Shown: piece after piece, positions 1 to 10,083 of the stretch
Position numbering within the stretch: position 1 is the stretch's first letter
How the letters are laid out: each line of letters opens with the position of its first letter
Origin: an uncultured bacterium
GTDB lineage: Bacteria > Patescibacteriota > Minisyncoccia > UBA6257 > GWB1-50-10
NCBI GenBank assembly: GCA_963713955.1
Contig: OY970216.1
Span: forward strand, 442,252-506,251
Length of the DNA stretch: 64,000 nucleotides
Direction: 5' to 3'
Notes under the pieces: model-generated
The model's database searches: none
Told to the model about the DNA's origin: nothing
Seen by the model: the letters and a program-made list of their open reading frames with translations, nothing else
Translations under genes and position numbers: made by a program

Positions 1-497
1 TGAGGGTTATGGGCGTGACGAGTATAGCCGATAAAAAGCTCGAAAAACCCCTTGATATAGATATAGGGTTTGCCAGTAAATCTGATTTGAGCGTTTTTGG
101 CACACATGATGCTATTCAGGAGAAGCTGGAGTGGATTAATGAAAACATCGGTAAGGATGCTTATCAGCAAGTCATTGCGAATATCATTCTGGCTAAAGAG
201 GTGCTAAAAGAAGGTCACGCTTACAAGAGAGTGGAACACGGAGGTTTCGGAGGCGTTGGGGTGGAGAATTGGATTTTGGCCAATAGCGGTAATATGGTAG
301 AAGCGTTTAAAAGTTTTCGTGAAGCGGCTTACGAAGGCAGTTCAAAGATTCCATTTGAGGAGTTTAAGAAAAAATACAAACTCCTCAATGCTGGTATGAA
401 CATTAAGCATCTTTACCACGATAATTACATAGAGAATCTCAAACCAGAAGGTTACGAAGCGATGCTCGATACGATTGATAAGTATCTGGCTAAGTAA
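1..497 (+). CDS. C-terminal part of a hypothetical protein (possible nucleotidyltransferase-like domain); frame open to the window edge
   Basis: ORF 9..497 has no in-frame stop upstream to position 3; DIDI and GGFGGVGVENWIL motifs; followed by a terminator-like hairpin. Confidence 0.5.
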   Translation, partial: RVMGVTSIADKKLEKPLDIDIGFASKSDLSVFGTHDAIQEKLEWINENIGKDAYQQVIANIILAKEVLKEGHAYKRVEHGGFGGVGVENWILANSGNMVEAFKSFREAAYEGSSKIPFEEFKKKYKLLNAGMNIKHLYHDNYIENLKPEGYEAMLDTIDKYLAK

Positions 498-535
498 TTG
501 AGAAGTAACGGCAAAGGAAACCATTTTCCCCTGAA

Positions 536-563
536 GAAGGATATTTGAGCGAATATCCTTTTT
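536..563 (+). terminator. Intrinsic terminator
   Basis: AAGGATATTT-GAGC-GAATATCCTT hairpin followed by a T run. Confidence 0.6.
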
Positions 564-574
564 AATTTTACCGA

Positions 575-781
575 GGGAAGGACACCTTCCTCTTGAACTG
601 GTTTGTTGAGGCGAATGAACAAATTCCCGAATTCCGACGCAGGAAATGGGAATTTAACAATGACTGAATCCCGAGCGGAGCGAGGTTGAGTTTGTTAAAT
701 TCCGTTCATTTCCCAGGAGGAACGAATTTGAATTTGTATGAGCCGAGACCTACGCCAGGGAGAGAGAAAGGTGTCCTTCCC
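575..781. repeat. ~207-nt long imperfect palindromic element (family F, copy 1)
   Basis: Terminal IR GGGAAGGACACCTT..AAGGTGTCCTTCCC; inner IR GGAATTTAACAA..TTGTTAAATTCC; loop motifs shared with 57952-58164. Confidence 0.75.
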
Positions 782-791
782 GAACCCTTCT

Positions 792-826
792 TTAGCGCTT
801 GACAACTCCGAGTGCTAATCTATAAT
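792..826 (+). promoter_or_regulatory. CIRCE operator overlapping the sigma70 promoter of hrcA
   Basis: TTAGCGCTT-N9-GAGTGCTAA (792-818; consensus TTAGCACTC-N9-GAGTGCTAA); TTGACA 799-804 and TATAAT 821-826. Confidence 0.9.
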
Positions 827-834
827 TGTCCTTA

Positions 835-1536
835 ATGCTCAAAGACAGGACGAAGGAAATATTGAAAACCGCAGTCGAGGGCTACATAAAAACTGGTAAA
901 CCCATAACCTCCGAAGGTCTCTATGAAGACCACGATTTCGGCATAAAGCCGGCCATGATCCGCTGGGAGTTGAACGATCTCGCCGAAGACGGCTATTTTT
1001 ATCAAAACCATCCTTCCGGCGGGAGGTTTCCGTCCGACAAAGCGTACCGATTTTTGGTTGAAGGGCTTCTGAAAGACGGGATAAAAGCCGATTATCCGGA
1101 GAGAGGGTATGAGGATGCCATTTTTAAATTTCTGAAAGGGGAGATTAATTCTTTCATAGAAGATGTTTCGAGTGAGCTTAAGTGCTTGAGCGTCGGTTAT
1201 GAAATCGGTAACGATGCATTGTGGAGCAGCGGTCTCCACGATCTGCTTTGTGGTTTGGATGTGGATGATAAGGAGGAATTGGTTGACGTGGTTGAGGATT
1301 TTGAAATGCTGCCGGCGAAGATAAAATCGGGATTCTGGAACGACGAAGAAACGTGGCCCAAGGTTTTCATAGGTAAGAACCCTTTCGTGCGGAGCAGGGA
1401 AGTATCCGTCGTGGCAAATTGCCTCAAGATCGGCGATGAGCATTTTCTCATCCTCGCCATAGGTCCGAAGCGGATGAATTACGCGAAACCCTTGAGTCTT
1501 TTTGAGACGTTGAATGAATCGGTCGAGAATAAATAA
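835..1536 (+). CDS. hrcA: Heat-inducible transcription repressor HrcA (short form)
   Basis: N-terminal HTH (YIKTGKPITS..PAMIRWEL..HPSGGRFPSDKAYR) and C-terminal IGPKRMNY; sits behind CIRCE and before grpE. Confidence 0.9.
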   Translation: MLKDRTKEILKTAVEGYIKTGKPITSEGLYEDHDFGIKPAMIRWELNDLAEDGYFYQNHPSGGRFPSDKAYRFLVEGLLKDGIKADYPERGYEDAIFKFLKGEINSFIEDVSSELKCLSVGYEIGNDALWSSGLHDLLCGLDVDDKEELVDVVEDFEMLPAKIKSGFWNDEETWPKVFIGKNPFVRSREVSVVANCLKIGDEHFLILAIGPKRMNYAKPLSLFETLNESVENK

Positions 1537-1545
1537 AAGAAAACT

Positions 1546-2025
1546 ATGGAAGAAGATAATAAAAAGAACGAAGAAATAACCAAGCTTGAGAAGGAACGAG
1601 ACGAATACCTGGACGGGTGGAAACGGGCCAAGGCGGATCTCATAAATTATAAGAAGGAGGAAGCGGAGCGGATGGAGCAATTCGTGAAATTCAGCACTCG
1701 AGCCGTTGTCTCCGATCTGATAGCCGTTCTGGACAGTTTCGATTTGGGCCTCTCCATCATATCGGAAAGCGACCCGGCCCGAAAAGGGGTGATTCTCATC
1801 AAGAACCAGCTGGAAGACGTTCTTCGGCGGTACGGCTTGGAGAAAATGTCGGTGAGGCCGGGGGAAACGTTCGATCCCGCGGTCCACGAAGCGGTGAAGA
1901 GCATCGATTCGGAAGCTCCGCCGGGAACGGTCGCCGATGAGCTTTCTCCGGGCTATCGGCTCCAGGGAAAGGTCATACGCCCCGCGAGAGTAAACGTTTC
2001 AAAGCAAAAAGATCAAGGTCAATAA
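1546..2025 (+). CDS. grpE: Nucleotide exchange factor GrpE
   Basis: RAKADLINYKK, FDPAVHEAV, GYRLQGKVIRPARV motifs. Confidence 0.97.
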   Translation: MEEDNKKNEEITKLEKERDEYLDGWKRAKADLINYKKEEAERMEQFVKFSTRAVVSDLIAVLDSFDLGLSIISESDPARKGVILIKNQLEDVLRRYGLEKMSVRPGETFDPAVHEAVKSIDSEAPPGTVADELSPGYRLQGKVIRPARVNVSKQKDQGQ

Positions 2026-2047
2026 ACAATAAAAAATAATAAAACAT

Positions 2048-3919
2048 ATGAGTAAAATTTTAGGAATAGATCTGGGGACGACCAATTCGGCGATGGCCGT
2101 CATGGAAGGCGGCGAGCCCCAGGTTCTCGAGAATAGCGAAGGTTTACGGACGACTCCTTCCATAGTCGCCATGTCGAAATCCAATGAGAGACTGGTGGGA
2201 CTTCTGGCGAAGCGGCAATCCGTCGTGAATCCCAAGAATACCATCTACTCGGTTAAAAGACTGATGGGGCGCAAATTCACCGATCCGGAAGTGGAGCGGG
2301 ACAAGGCGTGGCTGCCGTATGAAATACGGGCTTCGCAAAACGGCGGCGTCGAAATCAAAATGGGGGATCGCTGGTATACCCCCGAGGAAATCTCGGCGAT
2401 GGTTCTCCAGAAATTGAAGGCCGATGCCGAGGCGAAAGTCGGCGGCAAGATCGACGAAGCGGTGGTAACCGTTCCGGCCTATTTCGACGACAGCCAGAGG
2501 CAGGCTACCAAGAACGCCGGCGAGATAGCCGGGTTTAAGGTACGGAGGATATTGAACGAGCCGACGGCAGCGGCACTGGCCTACGGGATGAACAAGCAGA
2601 AAAATGAGCGCATTGTCGTTTACGATTTCGGCGGTGGGACGTTCGACATTTCGATCCTCGAAGTGGGGGACGACACGGTCGAAGTCAAAGCGACGGGGGG
2701 TGATACCCATCTTGGCGGAGACGATTTCGACAAGAAGATCATGGAATATCTCGTGGCCGAATACAAGAAACAAGAAGGCATCGATTTGTCCAAGGACACC
2801 TTGGCTCTCCAGCGGTTGAAGGAAGCGGCCGAGCGTGCCAAGCACGAACTTTCGACGGTCACGGAAACGGAGATCAATTTGCCGTACGTCACTTCCGACG
2901 CGAGCGGCCCGAAGCATTTTCTCATGAAAATCACGAGAGCCAAATTGGAAGACTTGGTGAGAGACATGATTGACCGCTCGATTGAGCTCGTGAAAGACGC
3001 CGTCGAATCTCCCTCTCCCAAGGGGGCGGGAATGAAACTCTCGGATGTGAACGAGATTGTTTTGGTCGGCGGACAAACGAGGATGCCGGCGATACAGGAA
3101 GCCGTGAAGAATCTTTTCGGCAAAGAACCTCACAAGGGGATCAATCCGGATGAAGTTGTCGCCGTGGGTGCCGCCATTCAAGCCGGAATACTTCAGGGCG
3201 ACGTGAAGGACATATTGCTTTTGGACGTGACGCCCCTCACCTTGAGCATCGAGACCTTGGGCGGCGTTGCGACCCCGATGATTCCCAAAAACACCACGGT
3301 TCCTACCTCGAAGACGCAGACGTTCTCGACGGCAGCTGATAGTCAAACTTCCGTCGAAATACACGTTGGTCAGGGAGAACGGCCGATGATGGTTGATAAT
3401 AAGACGCTCGCGCGATTCATTCTGGACGGCATACCGCCGGCGCCGCGGGGTATGCCGCAGGTGGAGGTTACCTTTGACATAGATGCGAATGGGATTTTGA
3501 CTGTGTCGGCCAAGGATAAAGCGACGGGCAAAGAGCAATCGGTGAAAATCGAGGCGTCGACTGCCTTGAGCAAGGAAGAAATCGAGAAACTCAAGAAAGA
3601 AGCTGCGGAACATGCGGCTGAAGATCAGAAGAAAAAAGAGCTGGCGGAGGTGAGAAATCAAGCTGAGACCACCATTTATTCCGCCGAGAAGGCGCTCAAA
3701 GATGCCGGGGATAAGGTGTCGAATGAGATCAAAAATTCCGTCACGGAGAGGATTCAGAAGGTCAAGGAAGTGAAAGATGGGACGAATGCCGAGGCAATCA
3801 GGAACGCTTTGAGCGATCTTTCGACAGAACTTCAGAAAATAGGCGAGGCAATGTATAATAAGCAAGGAGACAAGCCGGAGAACAAACAAGATGGAACCGA
3901 GCCTGCAAATAGTCAGTGA
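2048..3919 (+). CDS. dnaK: Chaperone DnaK (Hsp70)
   Basis: [30 protein letters not shown] signatures. Confidence 0.99.
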   Translation: MSKILGIDLGTTNSAMAVMEGGEPQVLENSEGLRTTPSIVAMSKSNERLVGLLAKRQSVVNPKNTIYSVKRLMGRKFTDPEVERDKAWLPYEIRASQNGGVEIKMGDRWYTPEEISAMVLQKLKADAEAKVGGKIDEAVVTVPAYFDDSQRQATKNAGEIAGFKVRRILNEPTAAALAYGMNKQKNERIVVYDFGGGTFDISILEVGDDTVEVKATGGDTHLGGDDFDKKIMEYLVAEYKKQEGIDLSKDTLALQRLKEAAERAKHELSTVTETEINLPYVTSDASGPKHFLMKITRAKLEDLVRDMIDRSIELVKDAVESPSPKGAGMKLSDVNEIVLVGGQTRMPAIQEAVKNLFGKEPHKGINPDEVVAVGAAIQAGILQGDVKDILLLDVTPLTLSIETLGGVATPMIPKNTTVPTSKTQTFSTAADSQTSVEIHVGQGERPMMVDNKTLARFILDGIPPAPRGMPQVEVTFDIDANGILTVSAKDKATGKEQSVKIEASTALSKEEIEKLKKEAAEHAAEDQKKKELAEVRNQAETTIYSAEKALKDAGDKVSNEIKNSVTERIQKVKEVKDGTNAEAIRNALSDLSTELQKIGEAMYNKQGDKPENKQDGTEPANSQ

Positions 3920-4952
3920 GTCAAAGGAAGCGGAGGAAGACAAGAGCTGGTGGAAGTTGATATTCCTGGCTCTCTTGGGCGCGGGGGCGAACTGGGGAGC
4001 GTTTTATTACTTCGCTCGTTTCATGGCGGGATTGACTGCGCCGAGCTTTTGGCTGTTCGTTGCTCTTTTCGTTTTATCTCTCATCTTTGTCGTCCTCGAG
4101 ACGTTTTTCATCAAGAGTTTTTGGAGACTGTTCGTCACGGTCGCCGTGGGGACATTCGCGCCTCTTCTCGTTTTTTATCATGAATTCGGGAATGCAAACC
4201 AGAATTTCATGAGAATCCTGATCTTAGGTTTCATCGTCGGGTTTTATTTCGTGTTTTCGGGAATAAGAAGAGGACACCGGATGTTGGGAAACAGTCTCAA
4301 AGTACGTTTCTTTGAAGTGTCGAGGAGAATATTGCCTCGCGCGGCCTCCGGATTCCTCATCGCACTTGCGGTCGTCTTTTACCTGTCTTATTTTTCTTGG
4401 AATCTGGCTCCGCGTAATGCGGGCGAGATACTGGTCGACGGCATGATCCGCTCCGCGGAGCCGGTAGCCGGCATCGTCGTTCCGGGGCTCGCGATGAGCG
4501 GCGATGAAAAAATGGGGGATTTCCTGAAAAGCGTCGCCGAGAGCGAAGCCCAGAAGGTGAAGATTAACGTAACCGATCAGAATCAGGATATCATAGGAGA
4601 AACGTTCAATAGTTTGCCGCCTGATTATCAGGCTCAGGTGGTGAGCCAAATCACAGATCAGCTGGAAGCCGGTCTGAAGAGCAAATTTGCTGCCTTTGAT
4701 CCGAACCAGACGGTCTCGGAGTTCGCCTACATGGCCGCGAGTCAGTACTTCCTGAAATTTGAGTTTTGGCTGGGTCCGTATGCTCCCATCATTCTCGCAG
4801 CGATCTTATTTTTCGTGGCCAAGGGAGCGATGGCCCTGTTCTATTGGCTCATAGAACTTATGGCGTTCTTACTTCTGAAAATTTTCATTGTTTTTGGTTT
4901 TGCTTATACGACGCTGGAGACGAAAACGCGTGAATTTCTGCTCTTGTCGTAA
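3891..4952 (+). CDS. Hypothetical multi-pass membrane protein inside the dnaK-dnaJ operon
   Basis: 353 aa with several hydrophobic helices and a central soluble domain; overlaps the dnaK end. Confidence 0.75.
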   Translation: MEPSLQIVSESKEAEEDKSWWKLIFLALLGAGANWGAFYYFARFMAGLTAPSFWLFVALFVLSLIFVVLETFFIKSFWRLFVTVAVGTFAPLLVFYHEFGNANQNFMRILILGFIVGFYFVFSGIRRGHRMLGNSLKVRFFEVSRRILPRAASGFLIALAVVFYLSYFSWNLAPRNAGEILVDGMIRSAEPVAGIVVPGLAMSGDEKMGDFLKSVAESEAQKVKINVTDQNQDIIGETFNSLPPDYQAQVVSQITDQLEAGLKSKFAAFDPNQTVSEFAYMAASQYFLKFEFWLGPYAPIILAAILFFVAKGAMALFYWLIELMAFLLLKIFIVFGFAYTTLETKTREFLLLS

Positions 4953-4980
4953 GCGACTTGTTTAGTTTATTTCTAACGGG

Positions 4981-6087
4981 ATGAAAGATTATTATAAAAT
5001 TTTGGGCGTTTCGAAGGACGCTCCCGATGAAGAGATCAAGAAAGCATACCGGAAGCTGGCCCATGAATATCATCCCGACCGCCCGGGCGGCAACGAAGCC
5101 AGATTCAAGGAAATAAACGAGGCTTACCAAGTTCTTTCCAATAAAGAGAAGAAGGCCCAGTACGACAGATTCGGCGAGGTTCCCGAGGGTGCGGCAGCGG
5201 GGTATGGCGGTGCGTGGAATCCGTTCGGGGAAGGCGGCTTCTCGGCCGGTTTCGGCGGCTTTGGAGCTCAGAACGGGTTCGGCGTCGATTTCGAGGACAT
5301 ATTCGAAGGCATATTTGGCGGGTCCGGCGGACAGAGGAGAAGAACGTACACCCAAGGATCGGACGTCGAGCTGGAAATCCAAATTACCCTCGAGGAAGCT
5401 TTCCGAGGGGTCGCGAGAGACATAAAATTCAAGACAAACGTTCTCTGCGACGTATGCGGAGGGGTGGGGTACGACCGGAGCAAGGGGACCAAGAAATGTG
5501 CGACCTGCGTCGGCAAGGGCGAAGTGAAAGTTGAGCGGAAGACTTTTTTCGGAAATTTTTCCCAGGTGAAGTTGTGTCCCGATTGCGGGGGAAGGGGTGA
5601 AATACCCAACGTCGTCTGCAAGAATTGCAAAGGGGAGGGGAAAGTTTTTTCCTCGAAGTCCGTTGCGGTCGACATAGCGCCCGGCATCGAGGACGGTCAG
5701 ATAGTCAAGGTGAGCGGCGGCGGCGAAGCGGGGAGTAAGGGCGGTGCGAGCGGCGATCTCTACATCGTGATCAGGATCACTCCCCATCCCGTTTTCACGA
5801 GGAAAAAGAGCGACCTCTACGTGACGAAGGACATCGATCTCGCTGAGGCTCTCCTCGGGAAAGAGATCGGGATGCACGACGTCGGCGGCGAAAAGTTCGG
5901 CGTCGTGATACCGACCGGCTTTTCGTTGAACGAAAAGATGAAAATCGCGAAGAGGGGCATGCCCAAGTTTGGGATGGGCAGCCGGGGTGATCTTTATGTG
6001 ACCTTCAATCTGAAGCTTCCGAAACATCTCTCGCCGCGAGCCAAGAAGATGATCGAGGAACTCGACGACGAGCTCAAAAATCAATGA
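4981..6087 (+). CDS. dnaJ: Chaperone DnaJ
   Basis: J domain HPD motif, G/F region, four CxxCxGxG repeats. Confidence 0.98.
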   Translation: MKDYYKILGVSKDAPDEEIKKAYRKLAHEYHPDRPGGNEARFKEINEAYQVLSNKEKKAQYDRFGEVPEGAAAGYGGAWNPFGEGGFSAGFGGFGAQNGFGVDFEDIFEGIFGGSGGQRRRTYTQGSDVELEIQITLEEAFRGVARDIKFKTNVLCDVCGGVGYDRSKGTKKCATCVGKGEVKVERKTFFGNFSQVKLCPDCGGRGEIPNVVCKNCKGEGKVFSSKSVAVDIAPGIEDGQIVKVSGGGEAGSKGGASGDLYIVIRITPHPVFTRKKSDLYVTKDIDLAEALLGKEIGMHDVGGEKFGVVIPTGFSLNEKMKIAKRGMPKFGMGSRGDLYVTFNLKLPKHLSPRAKKMIEELDDELKNQ

Positions 6088-7214
6088 CTCTTGGAGAACG
6101 CAAAACCTGGAGCGTCGGAGATTTTATCGACCATTTAAACACCCTTCTCGGCGAGGAAGAGGCGGAGGTTACGGGGGAAGTTTGGGACTTGAAGAAGCAT
6201 CCGACGGGGTTTTATTTCGCGCTGAAGGACAAAGAGGGAGAAGGCCTTCTGCCCTGCTATCTGAATCCGTATCGGGCGAAGCTCTTCGGGTTCGGACTGG
6301 AAGACGGCTTGCTCGTCAAAGCGATCGGCGCACCCAGCGTTTACAAGCCGCGCGGTAATTTCAGTTTCGTCGTCGAAAGTCTCGAGCTCGTGGGAGAGGG
6401 ATCGCTCAAGAAAGCGTATGAACTTCTGAAAAGCAAGCTCGAGAAGGAGGGACTTTTCGCGAGAAAGCGGGAACTGCCGGAATTCATCTCTTCGATCGGA
6501 GTCATTACGTCGAAAACGGGAGCCGTCATCGACGATTTCAGAAAAAACCTGAAGAAGCTCGGATTCAAGATTTATCTCTATGATTCGCGCGTCGAGGGAA
6601 CGCAAGCCGTTCCTAACATCATTGCGGGGATCGATTATTTCAACGGGGACGCGGCCGACCACGTGGACATTCTCGTCGTCATCCGGGGCGGCGGCAGTTT
6701 GGAAGATCTCCAGGCATTTAACAACGAAGCGGTGGCAAGAAAGATATTTTCCTCCGGATTGCCGGTCCTCTGCGGCATCGGTCACGATCGAGACGTGCCG
6801 ATTGCGAGCCTCGTCTCAGATAAGGCGGTTTCCACGCCCTCCATGGCTGCCGAAGCAATGAACGCTTCGTGGGATGGACTGTTCCTCGATCTACCCGTCA
6901 TGTCGCACCGGCTTTCCTCTTCGTTCGCGGCAGCTTTCTCTCGCGGGATGAACGAACTCAATGCCCTCATAAGACCTTTATCCGGTCTTTTCTCCTCGAG
7001 GATGGAAAGCGTGAACGAAGAATTAAAAAACCTTTCGAAATACCTCGGGGCTGCCGATCCGATGAGGAATTTGAAACTCGGCTACAGCATCGTTTTCAAC
7101 CGAAGAGGGGAAGTCGTGAAAGATATCCAGTTTTTGAAAAAAGGTGATAGAATAAAGACCAAGCTTTATAAAGGATCGATTGAGAGTGAAATTTCGAGAA
7201 CCACGAACGAATAG
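6084..7214 (+). CDS. xseA: Exodeoxyribonuclease VII large subunit (shortened coiled coil)
   Basis: OB-fold N-terminus; RGGGSLEDL and GIGHDRD motifs. Confidence 0.95.
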   Translation: MTLGERKTWSVGDFIDHLNTLLGEEEAEVTGEVWDLKKHPTGFYFALKDKEGEGLLPCYLNPYRAKLFGFGLEDGLLVKAIGAPSVYKPRGNFSFVVESLELVGEGSLKKAYELLKSKLEKEGLFARKRELPEFISSIGVITSKTGAVIDDFRKNLKKLGFKIYLYDSRVEGTQAVPNIIAGIDYFNGDAADHVDILVVIRGGGSLEDLQAFNNEAVARKIFSSGLPVLCGIGHDRDVPIASLVSDKAVSTPSMAAEAMNASWDGLFLDLPVMSHRLSSSFAAAFSRGMNELNALIRPLSGLFSSRMESVNEELKNLSKYLGAADPMRNLKLGYSIVFNRRGEVVKDIQFLKKGDRIKTKLYKGSIESEISRTTNE

Positions 7215-7424
7215 ATGACCGCCAAAAAGGAAAAAGGCAAAATAACGGAAGATCTCACGAAACTCAAGAAAATCGTGGAATGGTTTGAATCGCGCGAGGA
7301 GGTGGACGTCGAGGAAGGCTTGCGGAGAGTGAAGGAGGGATCGGAAATCGTGAAGCGCTTGCGATCGCGGATGAAGGAGGTTGAAAACGAGTTTGAAACG
7401 ATAAAGGAAGATCTCGAGCGGTAG
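7215..7424 (+). CDS. xseB: Exodeoxyribonuclease VII small subunit
   Basis: 69-aa helical protein directly after xseA (L..IVEWFE..DVEEGL). Confidence 0.85.
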   Translation: MTAKKEKGKITEDLTKLKKIVEWFESREEVDVEEGLRRVKEGSEIVKRLRSRMKEVENEFETIKEDLER

Positions 7425-7555
7425 CATGCCCCGTAGGACAACTTCGAGGGGCATTGAGAAAGAGGTATTTCAAAACTACGGGAGAATCAGATTTAGCTAA
7501 AAGATTAAAGATCTACTGCATTAAACAATAACTTGAAGTTGTACTACAGGGTATG
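7425..7555 (+). mobile_element. MITE-like element (family C) inserted at a start codon
   Basis: CATG|CCCCGTAGGACAACTTCGA ... GAAGTTGTACTACAGGG|TATG; same arms as 51352-51497; right-hand ATG is the start of the next gene. Confidence 0.75.
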
Positions 7556-7903
7556 GAAAACATTTCGATAGACAAGTTCAGGGAGATCGATCTTCGAGTG
7601 GCGAAGATAACGGCTGCCGAACGGATTGAGGGAACCGACAAACTTTTGCGCCTGGAGCTGGATTTGGGCCCTTCGACTGACTCAGGGGAGGCGAGAGAGA
7701 AAAGGCAGATAGTTTCTGGCATAGCCGAGCATTATACACCGGAATCCCTCGTCGGCAGGGAGATAATCGTGGTATTTAATTTGGAATCCAGAACGCTGAA
7801 GGGGGTGGAGAGTAACGGAATGCTCCTGGCTGCGTCCGGCGAGGATTTCATTTCCTTGCTTCAGCCGGATAAGGAAGTCCCGCCCGGAAGCCGGATACGT
7901 TAA
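7553..7903 (+). CDS. tRNA-binding OB-fold protein (Trbp111/CsaA/MetG C-terminal-like)
   Basis: DLRVAKI..DKLL.L..RQIVSGI..ESNGMLLAA..PG motifs. Confidence 0.9.
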   Translation: MENISIDKFREIDLRVAKITAAERIEGTDKLLRLELDLGPSTDSGEAREKRQIVSGIAEHYTPESLVGREIIVVFNLESRTLKGVESNGMLLAASGEDFISLLQPDKEVPPGSRIR

Positions 7904-7914
7904 CTGGAAGTCTT

Positions 7915-8946
7915 TCAGTTATGCTGCAGTATTTGCAATCCGTACATTTGGACCTGGGATACGGTAGCGCTGTTACCGAGATAAACAAGGAAGTAGGGTG
8001 AACCCCACGCGTTGCTGGTTTTGAGATAGATATAAGAAAAATAAGAGGCATTGCCGGTATTAGTTGAAACATTCGTGATATTTGAATCCCTGTCGTGGAT
8101 TTGAAATTGGCCATTGGCTCTATAAAAGAAGTTTATTTTATAAACGTTGTTCAATACAAAGGGTTGGGTCATAGCTCCCGTGTCTGTCCAGCTCCTTTGC
8201 GACTGATTCCCGCCTGTTGCATCGAATTCCAAAACTTGCCCATTAAAGCCATTTCCTGGCGAGGTTAAATTCCAAGTGAGATAACTCGGTGTGGGGTTAT
8301 CCCAGCCGGTAAAAGATTGTGCTCTATAAGTTGAGTTAATCATCAAGTTATTACTCCACAGTAAAGATAAGCTGCTCCCCACTTCATACGTTGAATCATC
8401 AAGCCCTCCATCCGTCGACACGACATCATTGCTTCCCCCATAGCCATATCGTTGGGATTCCATAGAGGCGGTTAATTCGTATTTCCCTCCGCTGGTGGTG
8501 TAGGTATAATAGAGGCCGGTCGATGATGAGTTTATGGGATCTATCGGGAGTTTCGATAGGGGAGATCCTGATGAAATGAGCGTCAGATTCACCGGTATCC
8601 AACCTGTGCCGTCCACCTTGGTGGAAGAAGCAGCTGGAACGCAATGATAGCTCCAGCCTGAAGGGAGAATGGGAAGAGACCATGATCCGCAGGTGGAAGA
8701 TGAATCCGGGAGGGAAACGTAGGTAGTCGATGCGGTTCCCAAGGGTTGGGTGAATTGATCCGCCGTGAAGAGAGATAAGGCGCTATTCAGAGCTGCGAGG
8801 TCTGAGAGGCGGGTGGAATCCCTTCCTTGAGCTATGAGTTGGGTTGGGTTCAGGACGAGAACCACGGCAGTCGCCAGAACGGCGAGAATTGCAATTACAA
8901 CGAGGAGTTCAATAAGTGTAAAACTGGCTCTATCGCGGAGATTCAT
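7915..8946 (-). CDS. Type IV pilin-like protein with a C-terminal beta-rich (carbohydrate-binding-like) domain
   Basis: RAS|FTLIELLVVIAILAVLA prepilin-type N-terminus; about 190 aa shared with the 34703 and 58197 paralogues; different C-terminus. Confidence 0.85.
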   Translation of the reverse strand: MNLRDRASFTLIELLVVIAILAVLATAVVLVLNPTQLIAQGRDSTRLSDLAALNSALSLFTADQFTQPLGTASTTYVSLPDSSSTCGSWSLPILPSGWSYHCVPAASSTKVDGTGWIPVNLTLISSGSPLSKLPIDPINSSSTGLYYTYTTSGGKYELTASMESQRYGYGGSNDVVSTDGGLDDSTYEVGSSLSLLWSNNLMINSTYRAQSFTGWDNPTPSYLTWNLTSPGNGFNGQVLEFDATGGNQSQRSWTDTGAMTQPFVLNNVYKINFFYRANGQFQIHDRDSNITNVSTNTGNASYFSYIYLKTSNAWGSPYFLVYLGNSATVSQVQMYGLQILQHN

Positions 8947-8971
8947 TATCACTTATTATAACAAAGTTTTG

Positions 8972-9053
8972 TGCCCGGGGTGGGACTCGAACCCACATGG
9001 GATAGACCCATACGATTTTGAGTCGTACGCGTAAACCATTCCGCCACCCGGGC
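8972..9053 (-). tRNA. tRNA-Leu(CAA)
   Basis: GCCCGGG acceptor, anticodon arm TACGA-CTCAAAA-TCGTA, long variable arm, GGTTCGAGTCC T arm. Confidence 0.95.
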
Positions 9054-9099
9054 AGATTGTTATTGAGAATAACATAGAAAAACGTTATAGTAAATACTG

Positions 9100-9903
9100 A
9101 TGGCTCGAATAATCGCCATTTTCAACGCGAAAGGCGGCGTCGGCAAAACGACGACCACCATCAATCTTGGGGCTTACCTTGCGATGCTCGGCAAGAAAAT
9201 TCTCCTTATTGATTTTGATCCGCAATACAATGCGACCATTGCCTTGGGCGTCCGGCATGGAACTGACGAGACCATCTATCACGCTCTCCTTGCCGGCGTC
9301 GGGCCCGAACGGACGATCAAGCAAACATATCTTGCGAATCTCGAAATAGTACCGGCCTCGGCAGATCTCGCGGGCGCCTTGGTCGAGCTCGTGGAGCTCC
9401 CGGAGCGGGAGTGGTATCTCAAAAATTTCTTGGAGAAAATCCGCGGTTGGTATGATTTCATTTTCATCGACCTCGGGCCGAGCTTGAATCTCCTCACGGT
9501 AAACGGCCTTGCCGCTTCCGATGAGGTGTTGGTTCCCATCCAGTGCGAATATCTAAGCTTGGAAGGATTGAGTCAGCTTCTCCAAACGATTGATTTAGTT
9601 AAAAACAATTTGGGGCACGACATACGGAGCGTGAGCGCGCTTCTCACCATGTACGACAAGCGGGAACGGTTGTCCCGCGAGATCGCGCGGGAAATACGGA
9701 AGCGGTTCCCGAACTACGTGTACGAAGTGGAAATCCCGAGATCTGTCGCTCTCGCGGAGGCGCCGAGCTTCCAGAAACCCATCATGCTTTACGCTCCGCA
9801 GAGCCCCGGCGCCCTAGCCTATGAGCGGCTGGCGCGGGAAATTTCAGAAGGGAAAATTTCCCCTTCTGAAACTGAGGAAAAGGAGGAAAAAGCAGCCTTT
9901 TGA
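9100..9903 (+). CDS. parA: ParA/Soj ATPase
   Basis: Deviant Walker A KGGVGKTT; IDFDPQ, PIQCEY, LAEAPS motifs. Confidence 0.95.
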   Translation: MARIIAIFNAKGGVGKTTTTINLGAYLAMLGKKILLIDFDPQYNATIALGVRHGTDETIYHALLAGVGPERTIKQTYLANLEIVPASADLAGALVELVELPEREWYLKNFLEKIRGWYDFIFIDLGPSLNLLTVNGLAASDEVLVPIQCEYLSLEGLSQLLQTIDLVKNNLGHDIRSVSALLTMYDKRERLSREIAREIRKRFPNYVYEVEIPRSVALAEAPSFQKPIMLYAPQSPGALAYERLAREISEGKISPSETEEKEEKAAF

Positions 9904-10081
9904 CCCCGCACCGAGCCAAGCCCCGTACTACAAATTGTAGTACAAGGGCAAGCGCTGCAACGCCTCACGCTTCCGACGTTCCTGCCTAAATATGCTTGAT
10001 TGAAAATAATCGCAAGGACTTTTCCCGGTCTTCGATTCGCTTCACGGCGTTGGAAGCGAAGCACTTGATCTGGTGACGGGG
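9904..10081. mobile_element. MITE-like element (family D) carrying a nested family C hairpin
   Basis: Ends CCCCGCACCGAGCC..GATCTGGTGACGGGG match 39424-39537 in reverse; insert 9921-9948 is flanked by CAAG duplications. Confidence 0.75.
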
Positions 10082-10083
10082 TT

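Noticed and set aside
2144-3943. 599-aa antisense ORF over dnaK (similar shadows over hrcA-grpE, dnaJ, groEL, thyX, rpoD)
   Set aside because: Antisense shadows of conserved genes produced by codon bias; no recognisable motifs
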